Shown one piece after another: positions 21,355 through 34,147 of a stretch of 64,000 bases of DNA. Made by a program: the position numbers and the translations under genes. Source of the stretch: Microcoleus sp. GTDB lineage: Bacteria; Cyanobacteriota; Cyanobacteriia; Cyanobacteriales; Microcoleaceae. How positions within the stretch are numbered: the stretch's first letter is position 1; each line of letters begins with the position of its first letter. Location of the stretch: positions 672,001 through 736,000 of the forward strand of contig CP181291.1 in the NCBI GenBank assembly GCA_052279835.1, read 5' to 3'. The notes beneath the pieces were generated by a model. It was not told the DNA's origin, searched no databases, and was given only the letters and a program-made list of their open reading frames with translations.

Positions 21355-21648
21355 TTAAGCCCAATCTTCTTGGTCGCTTTTTTGCTTCCTGTAAACTTCA
21401 CCTTTAGCGTGAATTTTACGAGTTTGTTCGTAAAGAGTTTCTGGTGTAAGATGCCATTTTTCTAGGACTTTTTCTAAGTCTTTTTGGATATCTCTAGCGC
21501 CGGGAAAGCCACGGTAACGAATTTTTAGTCTGGCTAATTCTGATAAATTGTAGTCGGTTGCTTCTGAGGCTAATAAAGTATCGACTGTAGCGCGATCGCG
21601 TCGATATTGCGGATGCTGTTGATCTTGAGTATTTTCTATGGAATCCAT
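21355..21648 (-). CDS. DUF3288-like conserved cyanobacterial protein
   Basis: QQHPQYRRDR…YNLSELARLKIRYRGFPGARDIQ…EDW motif. Confidence 0.75.
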   Translation of the reverse strand: MDSIENTQDQQHPQYRRDRATVDTLLASEATDYNLSELARLKIRYRGFPGARDIQKDLEKVLEKWHLTPETLYEQTRKIHAKGEVYRKQKSDQEDWA

Positions 21649-21685
21649 ACTAAGTAAGTGGGTACAAATAAACATTACATAGGAG

Positions 21686-21745
21686 CGGGCGGGTTTAGGA
21701 GATTATTAGTTTTAGGCTATTATGGTTGGTAAAACCCGCCCCTAC
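21686..21745. repeat. REP-like inverted repeat
   Basis: gggcgggttt … aaacccgcccctac arms. Confidence 0.6.
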
Positions 21746-21781
21746 AATTCACGTTCTTCTATTATTGGTTTTTTGCGTTTA

Positions 21782-21872
21782 ATATCAAATCCTCTCATCA
21801 TCGGAATTATTCATCTCTCTATTCTCGGACTCTGTGTCCTCTGTGTTCTCTGCGGTAAAATAATTCCGATAT
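21782..21872 (+). mobile_element. ~100-bp MITE-like dispersed element, copy A
   Basis: atatcaaatcc…atcggaattattc…ctctgtgtcctctgtgttctctgcgg…ataattccgat; homologous to 33325-33432 (-) and 57511-57612 (+). Confidence 0.7.
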
Positions 21873-22138
21873 CTAATTAGAGTTAGAGTTTTACTTTTGA
21901 ATTGCAGATTTGTGGGCAGGTTCTCAAAACGGATGTTGTGTGCTATTTTAAAAGCTTCTTGAGTGGCGATCGCGCCAGCACTCACAATGGAACTTGGTGC
22001 TGATTGTACCCACGCGGTTACTACAGTTGCAGTTTCCTCAACTTTAGTAGTGATTTGGTTAGCTAAGTTTTGGGTTTCGGCAACAGTTTCTTGGAATTTA
22101 GTAGTTAGCACTTCGAGTGGATTCTGGTTTGTTTCCAT
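21785..22138 (-). pseudogene. Probable truncated hypothetical gene reading into the MITE-like element
   Basis: GGAG RBS before the ATG and about 80 helical residues; the last ~30 codons (TAENTEDTESENR…) are the translated repeat. Confidence 0.5.
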
Positions 22139-22260
22139 GTTTCTCCTGGCTGCATCGTTAATGAATAATTATAACCAGAGTCCCGACTTCGTAGAAGAAG
22201 TCGGGACTCTCAAAAAACACCGTTTTACTGAAGGGATTCTAACTCCGAGCGATCGCACAA

Positions 22261-24387
22261 TCAAGGAGAAAGCCGCCACACCTTAATCGTGTCATCAAAA
22301 CTACCACTGACGAGAGTTTGATCTTGAGGATTAAAAGCCAATTCTACCCAAGTAGCATGACCTTTAAGCGTACCAGTCATTTCGCCAGTATTCGTCTGCC
22401 ACAGCTTGATAGTGCCACTCAAGTCGCTGCTGGCCAACTTGTCACCATTGGGGCTAAAAGCTAGAGACTGAATTCGATCGGCATGGCCAATCAAAGTCCG
22501 CAATAAAGAACCCTTGGGCTGTAGAGAATCATGACTTATTTTGATGTTCCAACTAAAATCATGAGACTCAAGGCGATCGGAATTGTCTGTAAAATTGGGT
22601 AACTGAGAATCCCCAGGTAAAGGAGACTCATGATTAGGACTAATGTCCCACAACTTCACAGTCTTGTCCCAACTACCACTGGCGAGAGTTTGACCATCGG
22701 GGCTGATAGCAAGAGACCAAACGGCGTCAGAATGACCAATCAGAGTCTGTTTCAATTCGCCAGTCTGGCAGTTCCAAAGCTTGATAGTACCATCGCTGTT
22801 GCCAGTAGCTAGAGTTTGTCGATCGGGACTGAAAGCCACCGACTGTACCTGATCGGAAAGCCCTTTAAAAGCTTCTAACTCAACAGCGTCGTCTACTTGC
22901 CACAATTTCAAAGTTTTGTCCTTACCGACACTGGCAATTACCGTACCATCGGGACTGAAAGCCACGGAGAACACGCCATCTTTGTGTCCTTCCCAACTCC
23001 GAATCAACTTGCCGGTGTAGAGATTCCACAATTTAATTGTATTATCAGCACCGCCGCTGGCGATCGTCCGGCCATCAGGACTAACAGCCACGGACCACAC
23101 CGGGCCGGAATGTCCGCCTAAAACCTTGATCGCTTTGCCGTGACGCTTGTGCAGGAGGCGAATTGTCCCGTCGTTATTACCACTGACTATGGCACGGCCG
23201 TTGGGGGTGACAGCCACTGCCCAAACGGGGTTTTGGTCAAGAGTCGTCAGAGTTCGCACCGCCACAGGTTCTGGTGATGTCTGAGGCTGGAAATCGGACA
23301 TGGGCGGGGGATTGAACCGAATTTCAGGAATAGTAGCAGGTTCTTGATAAGTGAAAGCCTGGGGCTGGGGAGACTGGAAACGAGAACCCAGAACCAGGGA
23401 TAGCAAGCCGACAACCGCCCCAGCCCAAGCGCCTAAAGTCCACTGTGGCTGGCCCAGAATCAGATCCATCGATGCCGGGCCATGTTTGATGTCTTGGAGA
23501 ATTGCCGAGGCTGTGGGATAGCGTTTCGAGGTTTCGCGCTGCACCATGCGATCGAGAATGCGGCCTAGTCTTGCCGAAACCGGCACTTTCAAATAATGCC
23601 GCCAGGCCCAGCTATCTGCTTTGATATCAAACAAATCAAAGGGTGACATTCCCGTTAGCAAATGAATGCAGGTGATGCCTAAACTATAGATATCGCTGCT
23701 GGGAATAGCTTGACCTTGAATTTGTTCTGGGGCTGCGTATTCAGCAGCACCGGTGGCTGTGGCTGTTTTCAGCGGGCCGCTGTTAGCGGGAATTGCTGAG
23801 CCGAAATCGACTAAAGCTAGACCTCCGAGATTTTCCTTTTCTCCTAAAGCTGGGACTGCTTGAGAGGATTTGCGGTGAATAATATTGGAGGGTTTGATAT
23901 CTCGGTGAATCAGTTGATGGTCGTGAACAAATTGCAGTACGGGCAACAATTCGCTCAGGATATACCAAATGTGAATTTCTTTAAAAACACCTTTTTCTGA
24001 GAGTTGGGTGGTCAAATTGCGACCTTCGATGTATTCTTGTACCAAATACTGGCGGGAGTCGAGTTCAAAAGATGCCAGTAGTTGTGGTATTTGGGGATGT
24101 TTTCCCAACTCATCGAGGGCCCAGTCTGGGGCGCAAAATGTGGGATTTCGTAGTTTTTGACCGTCAGCGACTGTTTCGGCCTCGAAAAATTGTTGAATTA
24201 CGCAACGGGGTTGGGAAGGTTGGTCTTCATCTACTGCTAAAAAGGTGCGGGTTGTGAGACTTTCACCTAGGGTGTGAAAGACTCGGTAGCGCCCTTTTAG
24301 TAGCAAATTCGACCCGCAACTTTTGCATACTGTAGCGCGATCGAGATTTTGGGGGTGAGGACAATGGGAATTGATGCAGTAACTCAT
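22261..24387 (-). CDS. Ser/Thr kinase-like domain plus WD40 repeats (probable pseudokinase)
   Basis: YCINxxC N-terminus, HRDIKPSN, DFG, YAAPEQ, hydrophobic segment, GH…WD repeats. Gly-loop and catalytic Lys are altered. Confidence 0.9.
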   Translation of the reverse strand: MSYCINSHCPHPQNLDRATVCKSCGSNLLLKGRYRVFHTLGESLTTRTFLAVDEDQPSQPRCVIQQFFEAETVADGQKLRNPTFCAPDWALDELGKHPQIPQLLASFELDSRQYLVQEYIEGRNLTTQLSEKGVFKEIHIWYILSELLPVLQFVHDHQLIHRDIKPSNIIHRKSSQAVPALGEKENLGGLALVDFGSAIPANSGPLKTATATGAAEYAAPEQIQGQAIPSSDIYSLGITCIHLLTGMSPFDLFDIKADSWAWRHYLKVPVSARLGRILDRMVQRETSKRYPTASAILQDIKHGPASMDLILGQPQWTLGAWAGAVVGLLSLVLGSRFQSPQPQAFTYQEPATIPEIRFNPPPMSDFQPQTSPEPVAVRTLTTLDQNPVWAVAVTPNGRAIVSGNNDGTIRLLHKRHGKAIKVLGGHSGPVWSVAVSPDGRTIASGGADNTIKLWNLYTGKLIRSWEGHKDGVFSVAFSPDGTVIASVGKDKTLKLWQVDDAVELEAFKGLSDQVQSVAFSPDRQTLATGNSDGTIKLWNCQTGELKQTLIGHSDAVWSLAISPDGQTLASGSWDKTVKLWDISPNHESPLPGDSQLPNFTDNSDRLESHDFSWNIKISHDSLQPKGSLLRTLIGHADRIQSLAFSPNGDKLASSDLSGTIKLWQTNTGEMTGTLKGHATWVELAFNPQDQTLVSGSFDDTIKVWRLSP

Positions 24388-24397
24388 TTGTCTTTCC

Positions 24398-24445
24398 GCT
24401 GGAGACCCCCATCAGACTCTGGTTAGTGGGGGAGGAAAGCGGGGC
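24398..24445 (+). mobile_element. IS200/IS605-like left-end remnant
   Basis: ggagacccccatcagactctggttagtggggggaggaaagcgg: a hairpin followed by aggaaa, resembling the left end at 46121-46160. Confidence 0.35.
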
Positions 24446-24835
24446 GGTGGGTGCCGCTTCCTGTGGGCAAATTAAATGATTGCAATATTTGTTCTATGAT
24501 AATTGTTTCCCAGATTTTAGCCACTATTAGCAAGGTCGATCGCGCGTAAAATATTATTACTGACCGCAAGCTGCTGGGCTAGAGCCCCCAGATTCCTCCC
24601 TAGGCTCAAATCGTCAATCTCCCATCTCAAATCCCTTGAGTTTCCTGTGAAGGCTGTTTAATATGTCGATCGCGCCCTGGTTGTGAAATTGTTGGGTTTT
24701 AGTAACATTACGTTATAATTTATTTGTGATTTGGCCGCGAAATAGTCGCTTCTTGGCGCTGTGTTCGCTGAAGACTGCTGGATTAACTTGTTGAATATTC
24801 TCGAACCAGTAACTACTAAATTTTAACTATTACTT

Positions 24836-25819
24836 ATGCCGTTGATTCGTATTCCAAAATCCTGGGAAATTCTCGATCGAGAAATTACTCCAGAAAGCGT
24901 CTTTCTCAACCGTCGCCGGTTTATGACCAATTTAATTGGAGTCGGTGTCACTGCTTCACTCCTGCCACTTGCGGGCTGCAAGAGCAATTCTGGATCGAAT
25001 ACAGCTTTGGAACAAACAGCAACTCAAGCATATTCCGGCTTAACCCGCAATCCAGCTTTCGCTAAAGTCGATCGGGCAATTACAGACGAAGCCCTAGCGA
25101 CAAAATACAATAACTTTTATGAATACGGCGGCACAAAATCTATTTGGGAAGCAGCCCAAGCCTTACCCACCGAAAACTGGAAAGTAGAAGTTACAGGTTT
25201 AGTAAAAAATCCTCGAATTTATGACATTGACGAACTCTCCAAAAAATTCCCCATCGAAGAAAGAGTCTATCGATTTCGCTGCGTAGAAGCCTGGGCGATG
25301 GTAGTTCCCTGGGTGGGATTTCCGATGAAATTGCTGATGGCTGATGTCGAACCAACTTCAAAGGCAAAATTTGTTCGCTTCACATCTTTTTACGACTCCA
25401 AAATTACTCCTGGCCCCGGTTTGATGTCGCAATTTTATCCTTGGCCTTATACCGAGGGAATGCGAATCGAAGAAATGGCGAACGATTTGGCATTTTTTGC
25501 CACAGGTTTGTATGGCAGAAAACTACCTAAGCAAAATGGCGCACCACTGCGACAAGTAATTCCTTGGAAGTACGGTTTTAAAGGTGCAAAATCGATTGTT
25601 AAAATTGAATTTGTGGAGAAACAGCCAGCGACTTTTTGGAATACGATCGGTCCTAACGAATACGGTTTCGAGGCAAATGTCAATCCCGATAAACCACACC
25701 CCCGATGGTCACAAGCTAGCGAAAGAGTAGTAGGGCCTGGTAACAGTTGGTCCTGGGAAACTCGCCCAACTTTGCCCTATAATGGCTACGGGGAATATGT
25801 CGCCAGTTTGTACAGTTAA
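24836..25819 (+). CDS. msrP: Protein-methionine-sulfoxide reductase catalytic subunit (molybdopterin)
   Basis: Tat motif NRRRFM, YNNFYE, RFRCVEAW, QNGAPLR, PWKYGFKGAKSI, HPRWSQ. Confidence 0.95.
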   Translation: MPLIRIPKSWEILDREITPESVFLNRRRFMTNLIGVGVTASLLPLAGCKSNSGSNTALEQTATQAYSGLTRNPAFAKVDRAITDEALATKYNNFYEYGGTKSIWEAAQALPTENWKVEVTGLVKNPRIYDIDELSKKFPIEERVYRFRCVEAWAMVVPWVGFPMKLLMADVEPTSKAKFVRFTSFYDSKITPGPGLMSQFYPWPYTEGMRIEEMANDLAFFATGLYGRKLPKQNGAPLRQVIPWKYGFKGAKSIVKIEFVEKQPATFWNTIGPNEYGFEANVNPDKPHPRWSQASERVVGPGNSWSWETRPTLPYNGYGEYVASLYS

Positions 25820-25834
25820 CTGACGGAAAATCCC

Positions 25835-25940
25835 TCGTTCCTAGGCTCTGCCTGGGAACGCAGATCCGGAGGCTCTGCCTCCCTATTCTCGCGAAGCAGA
25901 GCCTCGAATTAAGGCATTCCCAGGCAGAGCTTGGGAACGA
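25835..25940. mobile_element. 106-bp MITE-like element with 24-bp terminal inverted repeats
   Basis: tcgttcctaggctctgcctgggaa versus ttcccaggcagagcttgggaacga (22/24 complementary), with an internal gaggctctgc/gcagagcctc pair. Confidence 0.75.
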
Positions 25941-25975
25941 TAAAAAAATTGATGAAGCTACCAAGGAATTGTTAA

Positions 25976-26638
25976 ATGGTAACAACAACATCAACTCCCG
26001 TCGAGCAGGAAATTACCCCAGAAAACCGAGTTGTTTTAAAAGGTGTCAGTTGGTCAACTTTTAAAGCATTGCTGGCAGATGTTGGGGACGATAGAGCTTG
26101 GAGAATTGCTTACGATAGAGGAGTATTAGAAATTAGAATGCCACTTCTAGAACATGAAGTTCCGAAAGGACTGATAGAAAGTTTGATTGAAGCGACAGCA
26201 GACGAGCTAGAAATCGAAGTGATGAAAGCTTGTTCTCTGACTCTTGAACGGGAAGATTTAACTCGCGCTGTGGAACCTGATAGTTGTTTCTACATTCAAA
26301 ATGAGGCCAGCGTCAGAGGTAAAAGGGATATCAAATTGCCAGAGGATTTGCCACCTGATTTAGTAATAGAATCAGATTACACGAATTCTTCTGTTAATAA
26401 AGATGCCATATATGCTGCTATTGGGGTTCCCGAACTTTGGAGGTATCGGCGGCAATCTCTGCAAGTTTATCAACTTGTGGAGGGGAAATATGAAAAGTGC
26501 GATCGCAGTTTAGCTTTTCCGTTTTTACCTGTTGCCGAAATTCCGGGTTTCATCGAACAAAGCAGAACTATCGGACAGCGTTCGGCTGTGCGTTTGTTTC
26601 GGCAAAGAATTAAAGAGATTTTACTAAGTCAAAGTTAA
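25976..26638 (+). CDS. Uma2-family (DUF820) PD-(D/E)xK endonuclease-like protein
   Basis: YDRGVLEIRMP…HE, EPDSCFY, PPDLVIESD, YAAIGVPELW. Confidence 0.9.
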   Translation: MVTTTSTPVEQEITPENRVVLKGVSWSTFKALLADVGDDRAWRIAYDRGVLEIRMPLLEHEVPKGLIESLIEATADELEIEVMKACSLTLEREDLTRAVEPDSCFYIQNEASVRGKRDIKLPEDLPPDLVIESDYTNSSVNKDAIYAAIGVPELWRYRRQSLQVYQLVEGKYEKCDRSLAFPFLPVAEIPGFIEQSRTIGQRSAVRLFRQRIKEILLSQS

Positions 26639-26660
26639 CCTTCAAATCAGACCTACTTTA

Positions 26661-27320
26661 ATGGTAACAACAACATCAACTCCCGTCGAGCAGCAAGTTA
26701 CCCCAGAAAACCGAGTTGTTTTAAAAGGTGTCAGTTGGTCAACTTTTAAAGCATTGCTGGCAGATGTTGGGGACGATAGAGCTTGGAGAATTGCTTACGA
26801 TAGAGGAGTCTTAGAAATCAGGATGCCACTGGAAGAACACGAAGAACCCAAACGACTGATAGAAAGCTTTGTGGAAGCTATTGTAGATGAGCTGGAAATT
26901 GAACTTAGAAGTCTCGGTTCTATGACTATCGAACGAGAAGATTTAACTCGCGCAGTGGAACCAGATTCCTGTTTCTATATTCAAAATGAATATTTAGTTA
27001 GAGGCCGAAATATCAATTTACCAAATGACCCGCCACCTGATTTAGCAATAGAGTCGGATTACACGAATTCTTCTGTTAATAAGGATTCCATATATGCTGC
27101 TCTTGGGGTTCCAGAACTTTGGAGATATCGGCGGCAATCTCTGCAAGTTTATCAACTTGTGGAGGGGAAATATGAAAAGTGCGATCGCAGTTTAGCTTTT
27201 CCGTTTTTACCTGTTGCCGAAATTCCGGGTTTCATCGAACAAAGCAGAACTATCGGACAGCGTTCGGCTGTGCGTTTGTTTCGGCAAAGAATTACAGAAG
27301 TTTTACTAAGTCAAAAATAA
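26661..27320 (+). CDS. Uma2-family (DUF820) endonuclease-like protein, tandem paralog
   Basis: Same motifs; long nucleotide-identical blocks shared with the upstream copy. Confidence 0.9.
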   Translation: MVTTTSTPVEQQVTPENRVVLKGVSWSTFKALLADVGDDRAWRIAYDRGVLEIRMPLEEHEEPKRLIESFVEAIVDELEIELRSLGSMTIEREDLTRAVEPDSCFYIQNEYLVRGRNINLPNDPPPDLAIESDYTNSSVNKDSIYAALGVPELWRYRRQSLQVYQLVEGKYEKCDRSLAFPFLPVAEIPGFIEQSRTIGQRSAVRLFRQRITEVLLSQK

Positions 27321-27381
27321 CACTTACTCTCTGCTTACATCCTTCTCTGCGTTCTCTGCGCCCTCTGCGGTAAAAAAATCC

Positions 27382-28275
27382 TTATTGTTCGCAAAACTCT
27401 GCAATTCTCTGCCAAACTCGCTCCAACAAATCGGGTTTACTAACATCAAACCATTCAATTTCAGGATAAGCTCTAAACCAAGTCCGCTGACGCTTCGCAA
27501 ATTGCCGCGTGTGCAAAATTGTTAACTTTTTAGCTTCTTCCAGTTTAATATCACCAGCCAAATATTGTTTGATTTCTTGATAACCCAGAGTATTTAGTAA
27601 GGGCAAATCGCAGCCATATTTCTCACACAAATATTCAACTTCCCTAATCCAACCGGATTCTAACATTTGATTAGTACGCTGTTCTATACGTTTGGTCAAA
27701 ATTTCCATGTCGCAATCCAAGCCAATTTGCAAGATAGGATAACTAGGAGGATTTTCTCCCTGCTGTTCGGAAATAGAGCGCCCAGTCACATAAAATACTT
27801 CTAGTGCTCTTAAAGTTCTGACTGGATCGTTGAGGTGAATTTTCTCAGCAGCAGATAGATCGACTTGCTTTAGCATCTGGTAACATTGGGGTTGACCGAG
27901 TTCGATCAGTTGCGATCGCAATTCTGGCATGGGTGCAACTCTGGGAATTTTCAAACCGCGCACGATCGACTTAATATACAAACCAGTCCCTCCCACCAAC
28001 AACAGCGGAACATCGTAAGCCATGATTAACTTTTGAGCTTGCTGCTGGTACTCTGCTAGTGTTAGCGTTTCCCTCGGATCGCAGATGTCAATTAAGTGAT
28101 GCGGTACCGAAGTGCGATCGACCTTTGTGGGTTTGGCAGTCCCGATGTCAAATTCGCGGTACACTTGACGAGAGTCTGCACTCAAAATGGGCGATCGCAA
28201 CCGCGAAGCCACAGCCACAGCCACTCCCGACTTCCCCGTCGCCGTCGCACCACAAATCGTAATTAATTTAGACAT
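27382..28275 (-). CDS. miaA: tRNA dimethylallyltransferase
   Basis: GATATGKS, SADSRQVY…IGTAKP, GGTGLY, FAKRQRTWF. ATG at 28275 preferred. Confidence 0.97.
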   Translation of the reverse strand: MSKLITICGATATGKSGVAVAVASRLRSPILSADSRQVYREFDIGTAKPTKVDRTSVPHHLIDICDPRETLTLAEYQQQAQKLIMAYDVPLLLVGGTGLYIKSIVRGLKIPRVAPMPELRSQLIELGQPQCYQMLKQVDLSAAEKIHLNDPVRTLRALEVFYVTGRSISEQQGENPPSYPILQIGLDCDMEILTKRIEQRTNQMLESGWIREVEYLCEKYGCDLPLLNTLGYQEIKQYLAGDIKLEEAKKLTILHTRQFAKRQRTWFRAYPEIEWFDVSKPDLLERVWQRIAEFCEQ

Positions 28276-28552
28276 AGAGCCTCCTTCTGGGTGCAGGCCG
28301 ACTTGTTCAATTGCTGAAACCATTGATTTGATTTAATTTCCCTGATTCCTTGTTCCTGGTTGCTTCTTCCATAGCTTACTTGCTTGCGGGCGATCGCACT
28401 CAACTCTCCTAGCTGACCACAAAAAGTCCGCCCCGCTCCAAGCTATCCATCCCCTCAATAAATTTCCCTTCAGAATGCCCTAGCATCGCCATTAAGGGTT
28501 TTGTGCTATAATTTTAGAAGTTTTTCCATTTTAGAAGCTTTTGGGGCTTTAG

Positions 28553-32170
<3,618 letters not shown>

Positions 32171-32457
32171 GTTGGTCAGTAGTCAGTAGTCAGTAGTCGT
32201 CAGTAGCTAACAACCAATGACTGACGACTACTGACTAAACTGTTTGTGTCTTTGACAGCAACCGCCAAGATGCTGAGGACGTTTTCAATGGCCCAGAACA
32301 TTGATTTTCTGCCTTCTGCCTTCTGCCCAGTATAGGTTTTGTTATAAAAATTAATACAATCTCTCATTAAATCAGTCTAAGGTAATAACTTAGGTATTTT
32401 TTAGATTGTTGGCGCATCCATCGACAACCACGAAAATAGAAAGTTGGACAATATATT

Positions 32458-33174
32458 ATGAGCATCAATTTAGCGACCAAATTGCGTGAAGGAACGAAAA
32501 AATCTCACACAATGGCAGAAAATGTCGGTTTTGTCAAGTGCTTTTTAAAAGGCGTTGTAGAAAAGACATCTTACCGGAAATTAGTAGGCAACCTCTACTT
32601 TGTATACTCCGCCATAGAAGAGGAAATGGAACGCCAAAAACAGCATCCGGTGATTTCAAAAATTTACTTTTCTGAGTTGAATCGGAAACAAAGTCTAGAA
32701 AAAGATTTGTACTATTACTACGGCGTGAATTGGCGGGAACAGGTAGCTCCCTCAGCAGCAGCAAAAGCTTACATCGAGCGAATTCACAAAATTTCAGCCA
32801 CCGCACCAGAACTGTTAGTGGCTCATTCTTACACTCGCTATCTCGGCGATTTATCCGGCGGACAAATCCTCAAGGGCATTGCTCAGCGGGGAATGAACCT
32901 TACCGAGGGAGAAGGTACTGCTTTTTATGAATTCCAGGATATTCCTGATGAAAAAGAGTTCAAAACTAAGTACCGTCAAGCAATGAATGAATTGCCCATT
33001 GACGAAGCCACAGCAGAGCGAATTGTGGACGAAGCTAATGCGGCTTTTGGCATGAACATGAAGATGTTCATGGAGTTAGAAGGCAACTTGATTAAAGCGG
33101 TTGGTCAAATGTTGTTCAATACCCTGACGCGGAAACGCGGTGGTGGGAGTACCGAATTGGCTACGGCTGATTAA
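32458..33174 (+). CDS. ho1: Heme oxygenase (biliverdin-producing)
   Basis: LREGTKKSHTMAEN, HSYTRYLGDLSGGQIL, EANAAFGMN. Confidence 0.93.
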   Translation: MSINLATKLREGTKKSHTMAENVGFVKCFLKGVVEKTSYRKLVGNLYFVYSAIEEEMERQKQHPVISKIYFSELNRKQSLEKDLYYYYGVNWREQVAPSAAAKAYIERIHKISATAPELLVAHSYTRYLGDLSGGQILKGIAQRGMNLTEGEGTAFYEFQDIPDEKEFKTKYRQAMNELPIDEATAERIVDEANAAFGMNMKMFMELEGNLIKAVGQMLFNTLTRKRGGGSTELATAD

Positions 33175-33324
33175 GTTAAAGTTCCCTTACCATAAGTTTA
33201 ATCTCGTTAATAGAGCAAAATTTGAAATCCTGGGGGTTTGATGGCTGGTTTTATAGTCACCAAAGCTCCGGGATTTTGCATTGTGGGCGATCGACTTTCT
33301 CGATCGGCTTCGAGACACTCGTGT

Positions 33325-33432
33325 CATATCGTTTCCGGTTGTATTGGAATGATTTAACCTTACTAGAACACAGAGGACACAGAGTCCGAGAATAGAAATC
33401 TGAATAATTCAGATGCTACCGGATTTGATATC
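33325..33432 (-). mobile_element. ~108-bp MITE-like dispersed element, copy B
   Basis: Reverse complement gatatcaaatccggtagcatctgaattattc…tattctcggactctgtgtcctctgtgttct…attccaatacaaccggaaacgatat, with imperfect terminal inverted repeats. Confidence 0.7.
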
Positions 33433-33466
33433 AAAATTACCCAGATGCTCTACCATACCAAAAGAT

Positions 33467-34147
33467 TTAACGTCCCACACCCCGATTCGGAGGTTCCTCC
33501 GGCACCGTTGGTGAAGCAGACCTCGCCTGTCCCTCCAAATACTTGTTCAAAGCGTAAGCAATGTCGCCACGAGTCATCGGCTTCAAAGGATTAATCTTAT
33601 TAGTTCCCAATTCAATATTGACAAAACCTTCATAAAGTGCAGTCGCCAGAGACTTTCTCGCCCAATTAGGGATTTCCGCCGCATCTGGATAATTAGCTAA
33701 AATCTCAGAAACGTTAACATCGGGAAACTGAAAAACACCATAAGCTTGAGCAAAAATCGCTAAAGCCTCAGCACGAGTCACCCTTTGATTGGGAAAAAAC
33801 ATTCCATCGCGATATCCAGTCATAGTTCCCGTTTTCAAAACAATTTGAATCGCACTATAGGCCCAGTAATTTTTAGCAACATCTGGCAATTCCCGATCGG
33901 CTTTCTGAGAAATTTTCCGGTGTTCTAAACCAAAAGTTTTCACCAAAATTGTAGCCAACTCCGCACGACTGACAAAACCCTCAGCATTAAAATTGCCACG
34001 GGCATCCTTAGTCATCAATCCCGCACTAACCACCCGCTCAATCGGGTCAATCATTAATTGAGCTTGAACGGCTGTCGGGATTCCTTGCAATAGGGCGATC
34101 GTAAAAAAAATGCTAACTAAATTTTTCACGATTTTAAAATAATACAT
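33467..34147 (-). CDS. S-layer homology (SLH) domain protein
   Basis: Signal peptide; SLH repeats ([14 protein letters not shown]…[29 protein letters not shown]…MTRGD). Confidence 0.88.
   Translation of the reverse strand: MYYFKIVKNLVSIFFTIALLQGIPTAVQAQLMIDPIERVVSAGLMTKDARGNFNAEGFVSRAELATILVKTFGLEHRKISQKADRELPDVAKNYWAYSAIQIVLKTGTMTGYRDGMFFPNQRVTRAEALAIFAQAYGVFQFPDVNVSEILANYPDAAEIPNWARKSLATALYEGFVNIELGTNKINPLKPMTRGDIAYALNKYLEGQARSASPTVPEEPPNRGVGR

Noticed and set aside
24836..25819. msrP without adjacent msrQ as a novel system
   Set aside because: The partner may lie elsewhere in the genome; absence from this window is not informative.
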